From Basidiobolus meristosporus CBS 931.73 (taxonomy: Eukaryota > Fungi > Basidiobolomycota), in the NCBI GenBank assembly GCA_002104905.1, contig MCFE01000197.1, forward strand, positions 62,001 to 126,000: DNA of 64,000 bases, in the 5' to 3' direction. Below the pieces are notes generated by a model. The model did not search any database. It saw only the letters and a program-made list of their open reading frames with translations, and was not told where the DNA came from. Made by a program: the position numbers and the translations under genes. Below, piece after piece: positions 1 through 11,879 of this stretch (position 1 is the first letter of the stretch; the number at the start of each line of letters is the position of its first letter).

Positions 1-296
1 TGTGGTTTTCACTAAATGATTTATTGAATGTAAAAGTAGTATTTATACTTTTACCTGGTCTTGGCATTACAGCACGTAGAATAGGCTAAGGAAGGTCCCA
101 AGAACATGTGTGCAAAGTTTGGGGCTGTTTGGGCAACTTTGAGAATTCTCATGTTCTGGGTACCTGGTTTTTTGGTGAAAATATTCTAAGTAAATCCCAA
201 CAAGGAATTTGGTCAGTATTCTCTAGGATTTAAGGGTAATGATCTCAGTGACTAGGTTAGGTGAATATTTAGGTGGAATTACAAATTTTTACAACA
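1..296 (-). repeat. Copia family 1 LTR, cut by the window edge
   Basis: Homologous to the LTRs at 1806-2155 and 16827-17176; ends in ...TTTTTACAACA at 296. Confidence 0.85.
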
Positions 297-2155
297 GTAT
301 TTTGTCTTGAAGACCCATCTGCATCCAATTGTATTTGGTTGATTGGTAATTTGACTAAGTCCCAGGTCTTGATTTTCCATCTGGACCTGATATTCCTGAG
401 CTATTGCAGATCTCCAAAACTTTATCTGGGGACTACTAAGGGTTTCTTTTACAGTCTGGGGTTCATCAATATGGACTGAATAGGCATGGGCTAAGTTTGT
501 ACCCTCATTGATTTTGATGTGTCAAAATATCCTGTGCCAAAGTGTTGGTGCTTTTTCATCTAAGTTACTAATATCTGCCTCCAGATATGATGGAATATTA
601 GTCAACTTGCATAGATTCTCACCTCATATACCCATAGCAATATGGCCACCATTTTGATCAAGGATCCTTCATCCAGAATTGCCAGAGCTGAAGCTGAGTC
701 CTTCTGCAGTGGCCTAGCATACAGACAGTAGATTCCTGGCTATTACTGGTACATAAAATACTTCTTTGTAGGTCAGAGTATAGCATTCTTCACCGCTTCT
801 GAGGTTTATTTGGATGATTTCTTCTCCCACTGCGTCAAGTGCTCTATTGTCACCTGTGAAAACCTTGTTAATTGGAACTTCTTGATATTGTGTAAAATGT
901 TCTTGTTGGTGTGTAAAGTGTTGAGATGCTCCATAGTCAATATACCAGGTCCAAGAATCCTTGTTTGTGGTCATATTCAATGCAGATATGAATAGTGTTT
1001 CTTCTGTTGTTGCAGTGTTTCCATATTGAGGCTTTATTTGCTAGTTATCCTTCTTCTTGAAGCACTGGTCAAATATGTGTCTGTTTCTTTTGCAGTAGCT
1101 GAAAATCAGGTTGCTATTGCCTTTAAAGAGCCTTAAGTACCTCCTTTGCTGGTTGTCATTGCTTATTAAAGCATTTTCTTCTTCCTTCTTATTGGCATTG
1201 ATTTTCATAATTCTTTGTCCAGAAGCCTTCCATTTACATAGCTTAATGTCAAATATCAAGCTCTGGACTCTACTACTGATACAAGGCCCTGGAGCTTGTC
1301 TGTCAGGCTATTTAAGATGGCAACTATCACATCTTCATCAGTTGTTGGTATGCCCTCAGATTCCATCTTATCCATCATCAGGGTGTACTGTTAATTTGGC
1401 TTTTCATTTCTTCTCCTGGCAGCATCTTTGTAGTATAGAATTCCAACTGAGATATTTCTTCTTTGCAGCTAAACAAGACTAGTATGCATCTTCTAATGCC
1501 TTCCAAGCATTCTATGCTGTTTTTGCTCTTGAGCATTGAGTTAGCAATTTGTCTTTGGCACTAAGGCAAATGCCGTTAAGGCACTTTGTTCTTTCTCCTA
1601 GTACTTTAAGGATTCCTCTGCCATGTTTTTAGGGGGGTACTCCTTGCCCAGGATAACATACTAAAGGCCTCCTTCTTGTAGCAGCATGTTCAACTTCACC
1701 TTCCATACTTGTTTATTAGATGCATCCAATTTTGCAGCAGAGGGAAAAGTTCCAGTAATAGCAGTAGTAGACATTGCCAAGAGTGACAGCTTGGGGCCCA
1801 TAACCTGTTGTAAGAGTCTTGGAGATATTGGATATGATTGGGAGAACAAGTATATTAGGTTGCTTTCAGTTAATGGTTTATTGAATGTAAGAGTAGTGTT
1901 TATACTTATCACATGATCATGGCATAAAAAGCATATAGGATAGGCTTGGGATGGCTCCAAGAACATGTGTGAAATGCTTGGGGCTGCTTGGACAACTTTG
2001 AGAATTTTCATGTTCTGGGAATCTGATATTTTGGTGAAAATATTCTCAGTAAACCCCAACAAGGAATTTGGTCAATATTCTCTAGGGTTTGAAGGTGATG
2101 ATCCAAGTGACTAAGCTAGGTGAATATCTAGGTGAAGTTATGAATTTTTACAACA
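297..2155 (-). mobile_element. Degenerate Ty1/Copia family 1 element (5' LTR, PBS, gag, protease, RT start; integrase core deleted)
   Basis: LTR 1806-2155 (TGTTGTAA...TTACAACA). PBS GGTTATGGGCCC at 1794-1805 on the minus strand. Gag start MSTTAITGTFPSAAKLDASNKQVWKVKLNMLL. Protease WYIDYGASQHFT (714-980). RT start ...QEYQVQME...IGCRWVFKTK (300-480). Confidence 0.88.
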
Positions 2156-3799
2156 TAGATCCTTAACAGTGAGAGCACCACATCTAAGAATCTTTGCCTG
2201 TGGTCATCTCTTGTACAGATAAGAGTAGTCCAATACTAGTTGTTGCTGCATTTACTTAAACAGCCATTTTCTGCTCATTATCACTCTTTTGGTGTTGTAA
2301 GAGTTGGGAAATACTAGTGGTGACTGGAAATGGTGGACTATGCAGTTCTCACTTGAAGATTTATTAGGTATAAAAGCAGTATTTATACTTTTACATGGAC
2401 TTGACAGAAAAAACATATAGAATATGCTTAGAAAAGTCCCATGAGCATACATGCAATTTTTGGGGCTCTTTGGACAACTCTGAGAAAATTCAGATTGTGA
2501 GTACCTGACATTTTGGCAAAGATATTTCAAGCAAGTCTCAACAAGGAATCTGGTCAGAGCTCTCTAGAGCCTTTGGATAACAACCTCACTGGCTAAGCTT
2601 GGTTTAATGATAAGGAGCAGTTCCAATTTTTATAACATTTTGAAGTGATGGTCTAACATATGTCCTTTTCATTTGCTCTAATTGCATGTGTGGTTGCAAG
2701 TGCCTTTAAAGGGCCTAGGCTTCCTCTTTTGGTGGTTATCATTGCTTATTTAAGTATTTTCTTCTTCCTTCTCAGTGGCACCTGATTTTCTTAATTCCTC
2801 ATCCACCAGCCTTCCATCTACATGATTTCAGATCAAATTTTAAAGTCAGGTCTGAGGCTGATATAAGGCCCTGAAGTCTGTAAAGCCATACCAGAAGGTA
2901 ATATTTATATGCTATATAAATATATATCTCATATACCTATTGATTCCATTGCATTATCCAATGAAGTTGTGTTGTTGATAAGATTTGCATATCAACTGCT
3001 GGCTGCATCAATGCTGTAAAGCACTTTATTTAAAACAAATCTTCATAGCAGCTGACCACAACCAGAAGGTATCATACAATGCCTTCCAGGAGTTTTTTGC
3101 TGGTTTTGCTCTTAAGCATTTGACTAGCATGTTGCATTTATCATTATAGTAAATGCAGTTGAAGACACATTGATTTTCTTCTAATACTTCAACACTTCTT
3201 GTTCTACACTTTTTGAGGAAATTATTCTCCCATCAAAATAGCCCAAAGGTCCCTATTTTTTGGAGGCATCTTCATCTTCACCTTCCTAACTTGGAAGCTA
3301 GATTCATCCAACTTTTCAGTACAGAGAAGATTTCAGTAGTGATGTAGTACACTTCAGGGAGTGAGTGCTTGCAGCAATAGCCGGCTCTGTGGGCTTTGGA
3401 GATATTAGGAGTGACTGGAAGAAAAAGTAGATTATTAGGCTTTTGCTTACTGATTTAATTGTTGCAGAAGTATTTATACTATTATATTGTCTTGACAAGT
3501 CATACTTATAGAGGATTTTGAGAAATGCATCAAGAGTGTGTGTTCTAAGCTTGATTATTTTGGTGTAAGTACACAACTTATACCAGTTTGGAGATACTGA
3601 ACCAATATACTTACCAAAGTGCTGTAACTACAAGATGAATTTTAGTTTCTTATAGAATAGGTGTGCTCAGCTCAAAGCACAATAATTTGCAAAATCTTTA
3701 AGCTCTCAAAGTGAGAGGTGGAGATATTAGCAGCAAGGTTCTGGTCTAATGTTAGTCTTGGATACTGCTGGACTGTATAAAAGATAGTTTTGCACAGCA
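2156..3799 (-). mobile_element. Older Copia family 1 fragment (gag remnant plus degenerate LTR about 3390-3799), interrupted by a solo LTR
   Basis: 2638-3300 aligns with the gag region at 1040-1700; about 3390-3799 resembles the family LTR. Confidence 0.7.
2293..2637 (-). repeat. Copia family 1 solo LTR
   Basis: TGTTGTAAGAG...TATAACA; near 5-bp TSD TTTGG/TTTTG; host gag sequence is continuous across the site. Confidence 0.78.
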
Positions 3800-3829
3800 G
3801 GTGAGTCTGATATAGATCAGCTTTTAGGA

Positions 3830-4715
3830 TTCAGACATGAAGCCTTTTTAATACCAGCAGCGTTGAATTCTTGGCCCTATAAACATAGTTATGATGGAAT
3901 AAGATTGTGGTTTGCTCTCTAGACTGCATAATATATAAATAGACCAGATGATTTTTGATGACCATTTGGCAAGTTTTAAAGATATAATAATAGTTCTACT
4001 TTGGCCTACATTTCTTTGACAGGGCCAAACTGGCCAATACATTTGATTGCCTTGCATATTAAAATACATGATGGTGTCTTAGTGTCCTCAAATGGACCTC
4101 TGATTGCTTTGTAATGGTAGCATAAGAGCATACTGCAGCTCCTGTATAATGCTGTGCACCAGTTTACCCCATGGTGTTTCATTTCTCTAACTCCACTTGT
4201 CATTTCAGATGTTGCATTTGAGAACTATACCTCTTCAAGGCATACCCACCACTACCATGGGTAGTGTACATGAAATTTGAATTAATCAAAACTCTGGCTT
4301 TTCAGTACAAAACTTACAAAGTTGCCATTTGCCTTGAATTGCCAGTAGCATATTGGTCTTGCAAGCAGGGACTTGGTTACCCCCACTGTGATTATGAATA
4401 CCTCCTGAATATATGCAAAAAACCACTTGGTCCTACCAAATGTATTTCTTCTCAATCTTGGACACCTCTCCCTTCTATTGGTGCACTGCAACTCTTTTCT
4501 GCAAATATTTACTATTGAAAGCTAATTCCTTTCAACTTGAGTACCTTTGGGCTGAGTTAGTTTTTATCCTAATAAATGCCTTATAGTTTGCCAGCTTTGG
4601 TACAATTGAATGCTGACTTCTGGATACTGTTGCAGTGAAAAGAAGATCATTTCAGTGTTGGTATGGGGATAAAAAATGTGTATAAGCTATAGAGTTATTC
4701 CCAGAGATTCCACAC
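3830..4715 (-). pseudogene. CACTA/EnSpm transposase fragments
   Basis: Homologous to the C-terminal and DUF4218-like parts of the transposase at 27500-29420. Confidence 0.65.
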
Positions 4716-5565
4716 ATTCCCATGTGAGAAATAATTGTGATGATCCCAATCACCAGATGTCACCAAACTTACATCCTGTGACAAAGAGGTATTGCAGCCA
4801 TTGGGTCACAATATAACAAGTATTCAGAAAAAGCTGCACCTCAAATTTCACAAAAAAATAGCCAAAATTTTCATCACAACAATACAAAGGTTCTTTGAAC
4901 TGGTTCTGTGCTAATTCTCTCACCTTCTGAACCTGGGTGCTCAATCACCTCCCACATTTGTATACATTGGTTGGCTATTGCCTCTTTCTCCCACCACTTA
5001 CTTCCTGACTAAACAATGCTCTTACTTTTCATGCATACAAGTTGATTTATATCCTTTCAATCCTCAGCTGTAACTCAATTTTGACTTGTACCAACCTAAA
5101 TGGGGTCCTAAACCCAACACAAACATCATACCAAGCCTCACACTCAACATATAGCTCCCTTAAAATCCACTATTCAATAAGTATTTCTACTGCAACACCT
5201 TTTTTCCATAACTATGGCAGGAACTACACAGCTTGCTGCTTTTACTCATTCACTGTTCTCATATGTCTTGGTTTTCATCTAGCCCTGAAAGGTCTGGCAC
5301 ATCATCTGCCAATCTTGGCAATATACTCTTGCAATATTCAAGTGTGTTCTCTTGAGCACTGCTCATGAGGTAGTGCCACTGTTATGATCTGCTGCTTGAA
5401 TGTTTAAGTTAGATCAGTTCAAGTTTTAGTGAATACAATACTAGCTAAACTCCCTATTCCTCCACAACTCTTATACCAAGACTTTGAACATTAGTAACAG
5501 CAATAACCAGAAACATCCCTCCTGAAGAAAGAAGAAGCCTCCCTCAAGATGTTCAAAAATCAAGA

Positions 5566-8500
5566 ATGGAAGAATGCTATGCAACAAATTGCCACCAGCA
5601 GGGACATATTGCAAAGTACTGCCCTCAGAGAAGAAATGGAAACCAGCCATCAAGGACCTTTAACCATATTGAGGCCATGGAGCATAGTAACATGGAGGAA
5701 GAACTTGAAGAAGACTCAGAACTCACCTTCCATATTACAGAAGAATACCTTTCCCAGATGACCTCAAACCTAGAAAAGCTATTATACTTGAGTGGAGTAA
5801 TTAATGGAGCACCTGCCAAGATCATGATTGACTCAGGAGCATTGCATGAGTACATGTCAGAGCAATTTGCTTTGAAAGCTGGAATCAGCTTGGAACCCAC
5901 CAAATGAGCTTCAGTCTCAACAGCTGATGAGAACTCTCACATAATCAACTGTATTACTCAGCCAGTTAGGATGAAGATCAATGACTATGAAAAAGATCTA
6001 CAGGCCTATATATTTGGGAACTGCTAGTTTGACCTTGTACTTGGGAAAACCTGGTTATTTTGTTGTAATCCATCAATCAACTGGAGAACCCATGCTACTC
6101 AGATCCAGAAAGACAACAAGACCTATGAGCTATTACCTGCCAGACTGGATTTTAACTTGGTCAATTCCAGTGTGTGTGAAACAGGGGAACTTAGCAAGAC
6201 ACAGTTCTGTAGAGCACTACAAAAAGGCACCCAGATGTTCCTCATGGCAGTATTACAGGAGGATTCCTCTACTCCAGTACCCCAAAAGGTCCAGACTCTT
6301 TTGAAGGAGTATTCGGATGTATTTCCAGAAGAGCTTGTAAGCTTACCACCAGTCAGAGAAGTGGATCATGCCATTGAAACAGGTGATAGCTCTCCAGTGA
6401 GTAAGACACCTTACAGAATAGACTTGTTCCGTTGGATAGTGCCACATTGAGCCATGAGTGCCAAATGATGCCATAGTGTGCCAGAGAGGTCAAGTGAGCC
6501 TATATTTGGCCTCAGAGTGTGAAACATAGCTCTGCATCTTCATGTAAAGCGGCCCCTGTGTTTCACCCATTGCGCAGGAGAAAATCCATTTTTTGACCTT
6601 TTTTTGTGGATCAATGTAGCTCAGGATGTGTAAGAGCACAGCAGAACTGAAGATATGCATCTGGTACTCAATACCCACGGCACTCTGAATCTAGCTCCTG
6701 CAGCTTGTATCATGTCACAAAAATGAATGGCACTATCTTGGTCCACTGGTACTATCTGGCACTATATTTAAATATTGGCCCTAAAGTAAGATCTATACAA
6801 AGCACTTATAGTGCCAGATAGTACCAGTGGACCAAGATAGTGCCATTCATTTTTGTGACATGATACAAGCTACAGAAGCTAGATTCAGAGTGCTATGGGT
6901 ATTGAGTACCAGATGCATATCTTCAATCTGCTTGTGCTCTAACACATCCTGCACAACATTGATCCAAAAAAAAAGGTCAAAAAATGGATTTTCTCCAACA
7001 CAATGGGTGAAACACAGGGGCTGCCTTGCATGAAGATGCAGAGCTATGTTTCACACTCTGTGGCCAGGTAGAGGCTCACTTGGCCTCTCTGGCACACTAT
7101 GGCATCATTTGGCACTCATGGCTCAATGTGGCACTATCCAACGGAACAAGTCTAATGAGTCCATTGGAGTTGGAAGAGATGAAGAGACAAATAGATCAGT
7201 TACTGGAGCAAGGACATATCAGACCCAGTAAGTCACCTTGGGGAGCACCAGTACTCTTTGTGAAGAAGAAGGATGGAACACTTGGGATGTGCATTGACTA
7301 CAGAGCCCTCAACTCAGGTACTGTGCAGAATAAGTACCCAAACCTTGGATTGATAAGCTCTTGGACCAACTCAATGGAGCCACTATTTTCAGCAAGATTG
7401 ACCTAATGTCAGGATACAACCAGATTAGGGTGAAGCCAGAAGACATCCCTAAGACAGCATTCATGACGCTGATGCAGACTGTCTTCCAGGAGTACTTAGA
7501 CAAGTTTGTCATAATCCACCTAGATGATTCACTGATATACAGCAAGACAGAAGAGGATCACTTGGTGCACATTGAAAAGGTCTTGAAGAAGCTAAGAGAG
7601 AACAAGCTTTATGGCAAGCTACCTAAGTGTGAGTTCTTCAAGGAACATGTTGAGTATCTGGGACACATAGTGACTAGCATAGGAGTAACCATAGACCCTA
7701 AGAAGGTTGAAGTTATCCAAAATCTGAAGCAGCCCCATAGCATATCAGAGCTCAGATCATTCCATGGAATGGTTTCCTATTATTGGAGATTTGTCAAGTC
7801 CTTTGCATGTATTGCAGCCCATTTAACTGATATCCTCAAGAAAGACAATACCTACAAGTGGGTCATAGCTTGTGAAACTGCCTTCCAGATGCACAAATAT
7901 GAACTTGCAAAGCTGCCAAGCTTAAGAATACCTGACTTCAGAAAAGAGTTTACTCTGTGCACAGATGCTTCAGATTATGCAATTGGTGGAGTGTTGAGCC
8001 AAGAACATGAGGGAAAGGACTACCCTGTTGCCTTTGAATCCAAGAAACTGAATTCAGCAGAACAAAACTATCCAGTGCATGAGAAGGAGATGCTTGCTGT
8101 AATACACTGTTTGAAGACATGGAGATGCTATACTGAAGGAGCCAAATGCACAGTAAAGACTGATCATGCCTCCATCAAGTATATATTTACTCAGAAGGTA
8201 CTCTCTAGAAGAATGACAAGATGGAGTGAATATATTCAGCAATTTGACTTGGAGATTGTCTACTGCCCTGGAAAAAACAACATGGTTGCTGATGCCTTAT
8301 CAAGATTAGATCAAGTTGCACAACTCAACTTGGTGCATGAATTGATTGGCCTAGCCTATTACCAAAGTACTTGGAGGGCCAAGCCATTCCTAATGAGGTG
8401 GATGAAGATATCAAGAAGTTAATCTGGGATGAAGCCAGCAAATTTGTAGTACAGGATGAAACACTCTACCAATTTGATGATGAAAGCCTTATTGCCTATT

Positions 8501-9563
8501 ACCCTTATGCTTCACACCTGGATTTAATTCATAAGCTACACAATGGATAAAGACATCCTGGAATTGAAGGAACCTATGGCCTTGTGAAAGTCAGAGCATG
8601 GTGGCCCAGAATGAAACATGACATTGAGAAGCTAGTTAAAGCATGCCCAAATTGCCAAATCAACCAAGGCCAACCACAGAGAATTGCTGAACTCTTTCCC
8701 TTGGAGCCTGTAAGACCGTTTGAAAGATGGGGAATTGATTTTATTGGAAGACTGGCAACTACCAGAAAATGCAACTGTTGAATCCTAGTAGCAATTGACC
8801 ATGCCACTAAATAGCCAGTGGCTAAAGCTGTACCTATAGCCAGTGAACAAGAAATTGCAAGCTTCATCTACCATGAGATCCTTATGAAGTTTGGATGCCC
8901 TGTAGAGACTCTATCCAATAGAGGTGCAAACTTTATGGCAAAGACATTGGAAGCTTACCTGGAAATGCAGTAGATCAAACACTTGAAAGCCTTGACATAT
9001 CACCCCAGAACTAATGGAGTCACTGAATGGTTTAGTGGATTATTTGGAAAAATGCTGACCAAGAATGCAAATGGAGTTGTTAGTAGATGGGACAAGTATA
9101 TAGACCAAGCACTCTTTGCATGCAGAGTCAGAGTACACAACACCACCCAGCAATTGCCACTTTACTTAGTGTATGGATGTGAACCAAGGATTCCAGGAGA
9201 TCTCACACAACCAAAGCTTACAGACACCTTAGATGATGAAGATGAACTCAGTCAGCCAAGTAGACACCAGCAACTGGAACATATATGTCAAGAGGCACAG
9301 ACCAAGGTATCTCAAAGTGCAGAAATGATGAAGCAGAGATTTGATAAGACTATAGCACCAGAAGCATGGACAGTTGGGAACTTGGTATTGCTAAGAAACA
9401 ACACTTGGAAGAAGTTTGAGCTACAATGGACAGGACCATTCAAAATCACCAGAGAATGTCCATTTGCAACTTACCAACTAGTGGACAAACAAGGCAACAT
9501 CCAGGAAGACTTAGTGCATAGGGACAGACTCAAGCTTGCAAGACTTGCTGATAATACTGAACC
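5566..9563 (+). pseudogene. pol: Gypsy A1 Zn knuckle, protease, RT, RNase H and integrase (frameshifts, stops, deletions)
   Basis: CHQQGHIAKYC; AKIMIDSGA; [17 protein letters not shown]; [14 protein letters not shown]; TDASDYAIGGVLSQ; FERWGIDFIG; YHPRTNG; WTGPF. Confidence 0.92.
6420..7153. mobile_element. Foldback-type non-autonomous DNA element, copy 1 (347-bp arms, 40-bp spacer)
   Basis: Arms 6420-6766 and 6807-7153 are reverse complements; termini AGACTTGTTCC...GGAACAAGTCT; TSD AAT; interrupts the KTPYR/MSPLE coding sequence of Gypsy A1. Confidence 0.92.
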
Positions 9564-10090
9564 TGTCATGATCACATGACAACCATGAACACCCATGCCA
9601 AGTTTCAGCTTCCTAGCTCAACTTCTAAGAGATTCCTACTGGAACCTTCTACCACCTTCCAGAAAGTTCCTGACCATTCCAAACCATTGTTACACAATGG
9701 AACATTCCATGGAAGCCTCCCATTGTATTTTCATAGTCCAGTACCATATATGGAAATACCAGGTCACATGAATTAGTCACATGATCAGGTGACCCAATAA
9801 ATTTCCCCATCCTGTCTCAGTGCCTTGCCTTCTATATTATTATCCCCAGCACTGCTGCTGTGCCTCACCCCACAACCCTATTAGTATTAGCTAATATCTC
9901 TCAGCATCAGTATAGCCAAAAAGTATATAAAGTCCTATCCCCCTTAAGTATTCCTCAGTCTGATAAACACAGGTCTTGAGTAAACATCCTTGCCTTGGAA
10001 ATCCGCCTTGCCTTGTTGATCCACACCTAAGTCCTTTTCTGGTCCTGCCTTGCCTAGCCCTACTCTCCTACCTTGTGTCTATTCACAACA
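9564..10090. repeat. Solo LTR, family E
   Basis: TGTCATG...CACAACA with a perfect 5-bp TSD GAACC; a related inverted copy starts at 13382. Confidence 0.85.
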
Positions 10091-10104
10091 GAACCATCAA
10101 GATA

Positions 10105-11347
10105 TGTTGTGTTGTATTATGATTAGTTTGGGGCTTGTTCTACAATGTAGAGGCTAATCAACAATATACAACAACTTCCAGTATGCTAATACTGAAATAG
10201 TTTATTGGGAGTTTGATATACCAATAGAAGATATAACTTTCACTAATTTCCTCAATCTTAGGCTCAAAATATACTGTAGGCAGTGTTTATCACTTCTACA
10301 GCAGTGTTCTGACCTTCTGTTGACTAATGGGCTTATTTACGTTTATAGTAACTTTTCCTTATATGGAAGTCACTTTCCTTTCTGAGAAAATATTTCCTAA
10401 TATGGAAATTCTGAACTCCCCTTTAACCTAAAGGGGTGTGTTGTAGAAGTCTCTAAAGGGGTCTTTAGACCTAAAGGGGTGTCTAAAGGGGTGTCTTTAG
10501 AGTAAAGGGGCTTCTTGTAGTGGTCTCTAAAGTGGACTTTACACTAAAGGGGTGCCTAAAGGGGCTTCTTTAGAGTAAAGGGGTTTCTTAAAGGGGTCTC
10601 TAAAGGGGTCTTTAGACTAAAGGGGTGTCTAAAGGGGTGTCTTTAGAGTAAAGGGGTTTCTTAGAGGGGACTTTTCCGACAGAAAAGTGGTAGTTTCTTG
10701 TAGAACTTAGATTGGATTCTTGTGAGCTTTGCAGTCTCTTTACTGATGTAGTACTGATCAAAGTCAGAATACTCAACAGTGCAAGTGATGCAGGGGAAGT
10801 CTTATAACCTTTAAACTTGTAATTGTAGTGTGGAGATTCTGGAAAGAGAGGCTCTCCCTTTATTTTTCAGCTGGGGAAGTCATATATATGAAAATTCTGA
10901 AGGATCAACGTTTTTGGGCGATTGCGCAAGCAATACACGTGATACGAAGCTAAAATTTTGCAGTGGCGCAGATCGGACATAGGCGCAACACCTGTGAAAA
11001 TTTCACGTGATTTGATTGGCTGGTTCAAAAGTTACACAAGATCAAAGTCACCATAGTAATCCTAGCAATAAGGCATAGTATATATAATAGTTGGACTCTT
11101 TTGGTCATAACTCCTTAAGTACTGCTTCAAATGAGCTGTAATTTGAAACATGTGCTGGCTACTACGTGTTCTGTATGACATAATATTCTTGGGTGGATTG
11201 CTTGTCAGGGTCTGGAGCATTTGTTCATCAAAGTTGGAAATTCTTGATCTTTCACTTGTGTGTTACGATAGCAAAAAGCAAAATAAAGAAATGAGTGCAA
11301 TATTGGTTTAGAGATATTGTAGTAATGGAATACTTTCCATTACCACA
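10105..11347. repeat. Solo LTR-like element, family D, copy 1
   Basis: TGTTG...ACCACA ends; 4-bp TSD GATA; empty site seen near 37110; second copy at 55973-57201. Confidence 0.88.
10428..10670 (+). repeat. TAAAGGGG tandem array inside LTR D
   Basis: About 13 perfect TAAAGGGG units plus variants; equivalent array at about 56295-56525. Confidence 0.9.
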
Positions 11348-11879
11348 GATATTGGTATCACAAGAAAAGAGATTCAGGAGAACCCTCTCAACTTTAACAG
11401 GGGAGAATGATACAATCTGCTGCTTGAATGTTTAACTTAGATCAGTTCAAGTTTTGGTGAATACAATACTAGCCAAACTCCCTATTCCACTACAACTCTT
11501 TTACCAAGACTTTTAACACCACAACCTTTTGCTGTTCCTATAGTTGCCCCATAACTCCACTGCAGGCATTGCAATAGAACTTATGGTTCTTGATGCTGTG
11601 GCTTTATCTATCAGTTAGATCTCAGCTTGGTCAGCAATGGAGGATGTGCAGACTGTGGTAGTTGGGTTGCCTTTCTTTGCAAGCTCATATACCTCATAGC
11701 AGTGTAGCTCAACTGCCTGTGCTTCCAACTCTTGAGAAAGCGGCTTTTATCTTGCTGGCAGATCTTCTTAGCTATGATGGGACTCAGCTAGTTCTGGGCT
11801 TAGGGCATTAATTTGCAAGAGCAGCCGCTTACTAAGCATGCTAATATGTTCTTGAGATCTGCCATAATCTATAGCATTG

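Larger units (their letters stand above)
5380..11518 (+). mobile_element. Ty3/Gypsy A1 retrotransposon with 111-bp LTRs, gag mostly deleted, three nested insertions
   Basis: LTRs 5380-5490 and 11408-11518 (about 91% identical); 4-bp TSD CCAC; purine tract before 11408; domain order PR-RT-RH-IN. Confidence 0.92.
4719..11870 (-). mobile_element. Old CACTA copy (degenerate terminus at 4719, subterminal region, 3' part of ORF2), split by Gypsy A1
   Basis: 4719-5379 and 11519-11870 match the reverse complement of about 62990-63965; host sequence is continuous across the Gypsy A1 TSD. Confidence 0.72.

Noticed and set aside
1111-1482. Hydrophobic 123-aa ORF and similar antisense ORFs as host membrane proteins
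   Set aside because: They are antisense frames of TE coding remnants; no host gene could be supported anywhere in the window.
6436-6485. Regularly spaced GTGCCA motifs as a CRISPR-like array
   Set aside because: Hexamers with very short gaps inside a TIR; no repeat-spacer structure and no cas genes.
6490-7033. Similar small ORFs on both strands (also near 15736-16279 and 60091-60477)
   Set aside because: Mirror products of the foldback palindrome, not genes.
10428-10670. Interstitial telomere
   Set aside because: The units are irregularly interspersed and sit at the same internal position in two TSD-flanked elements.
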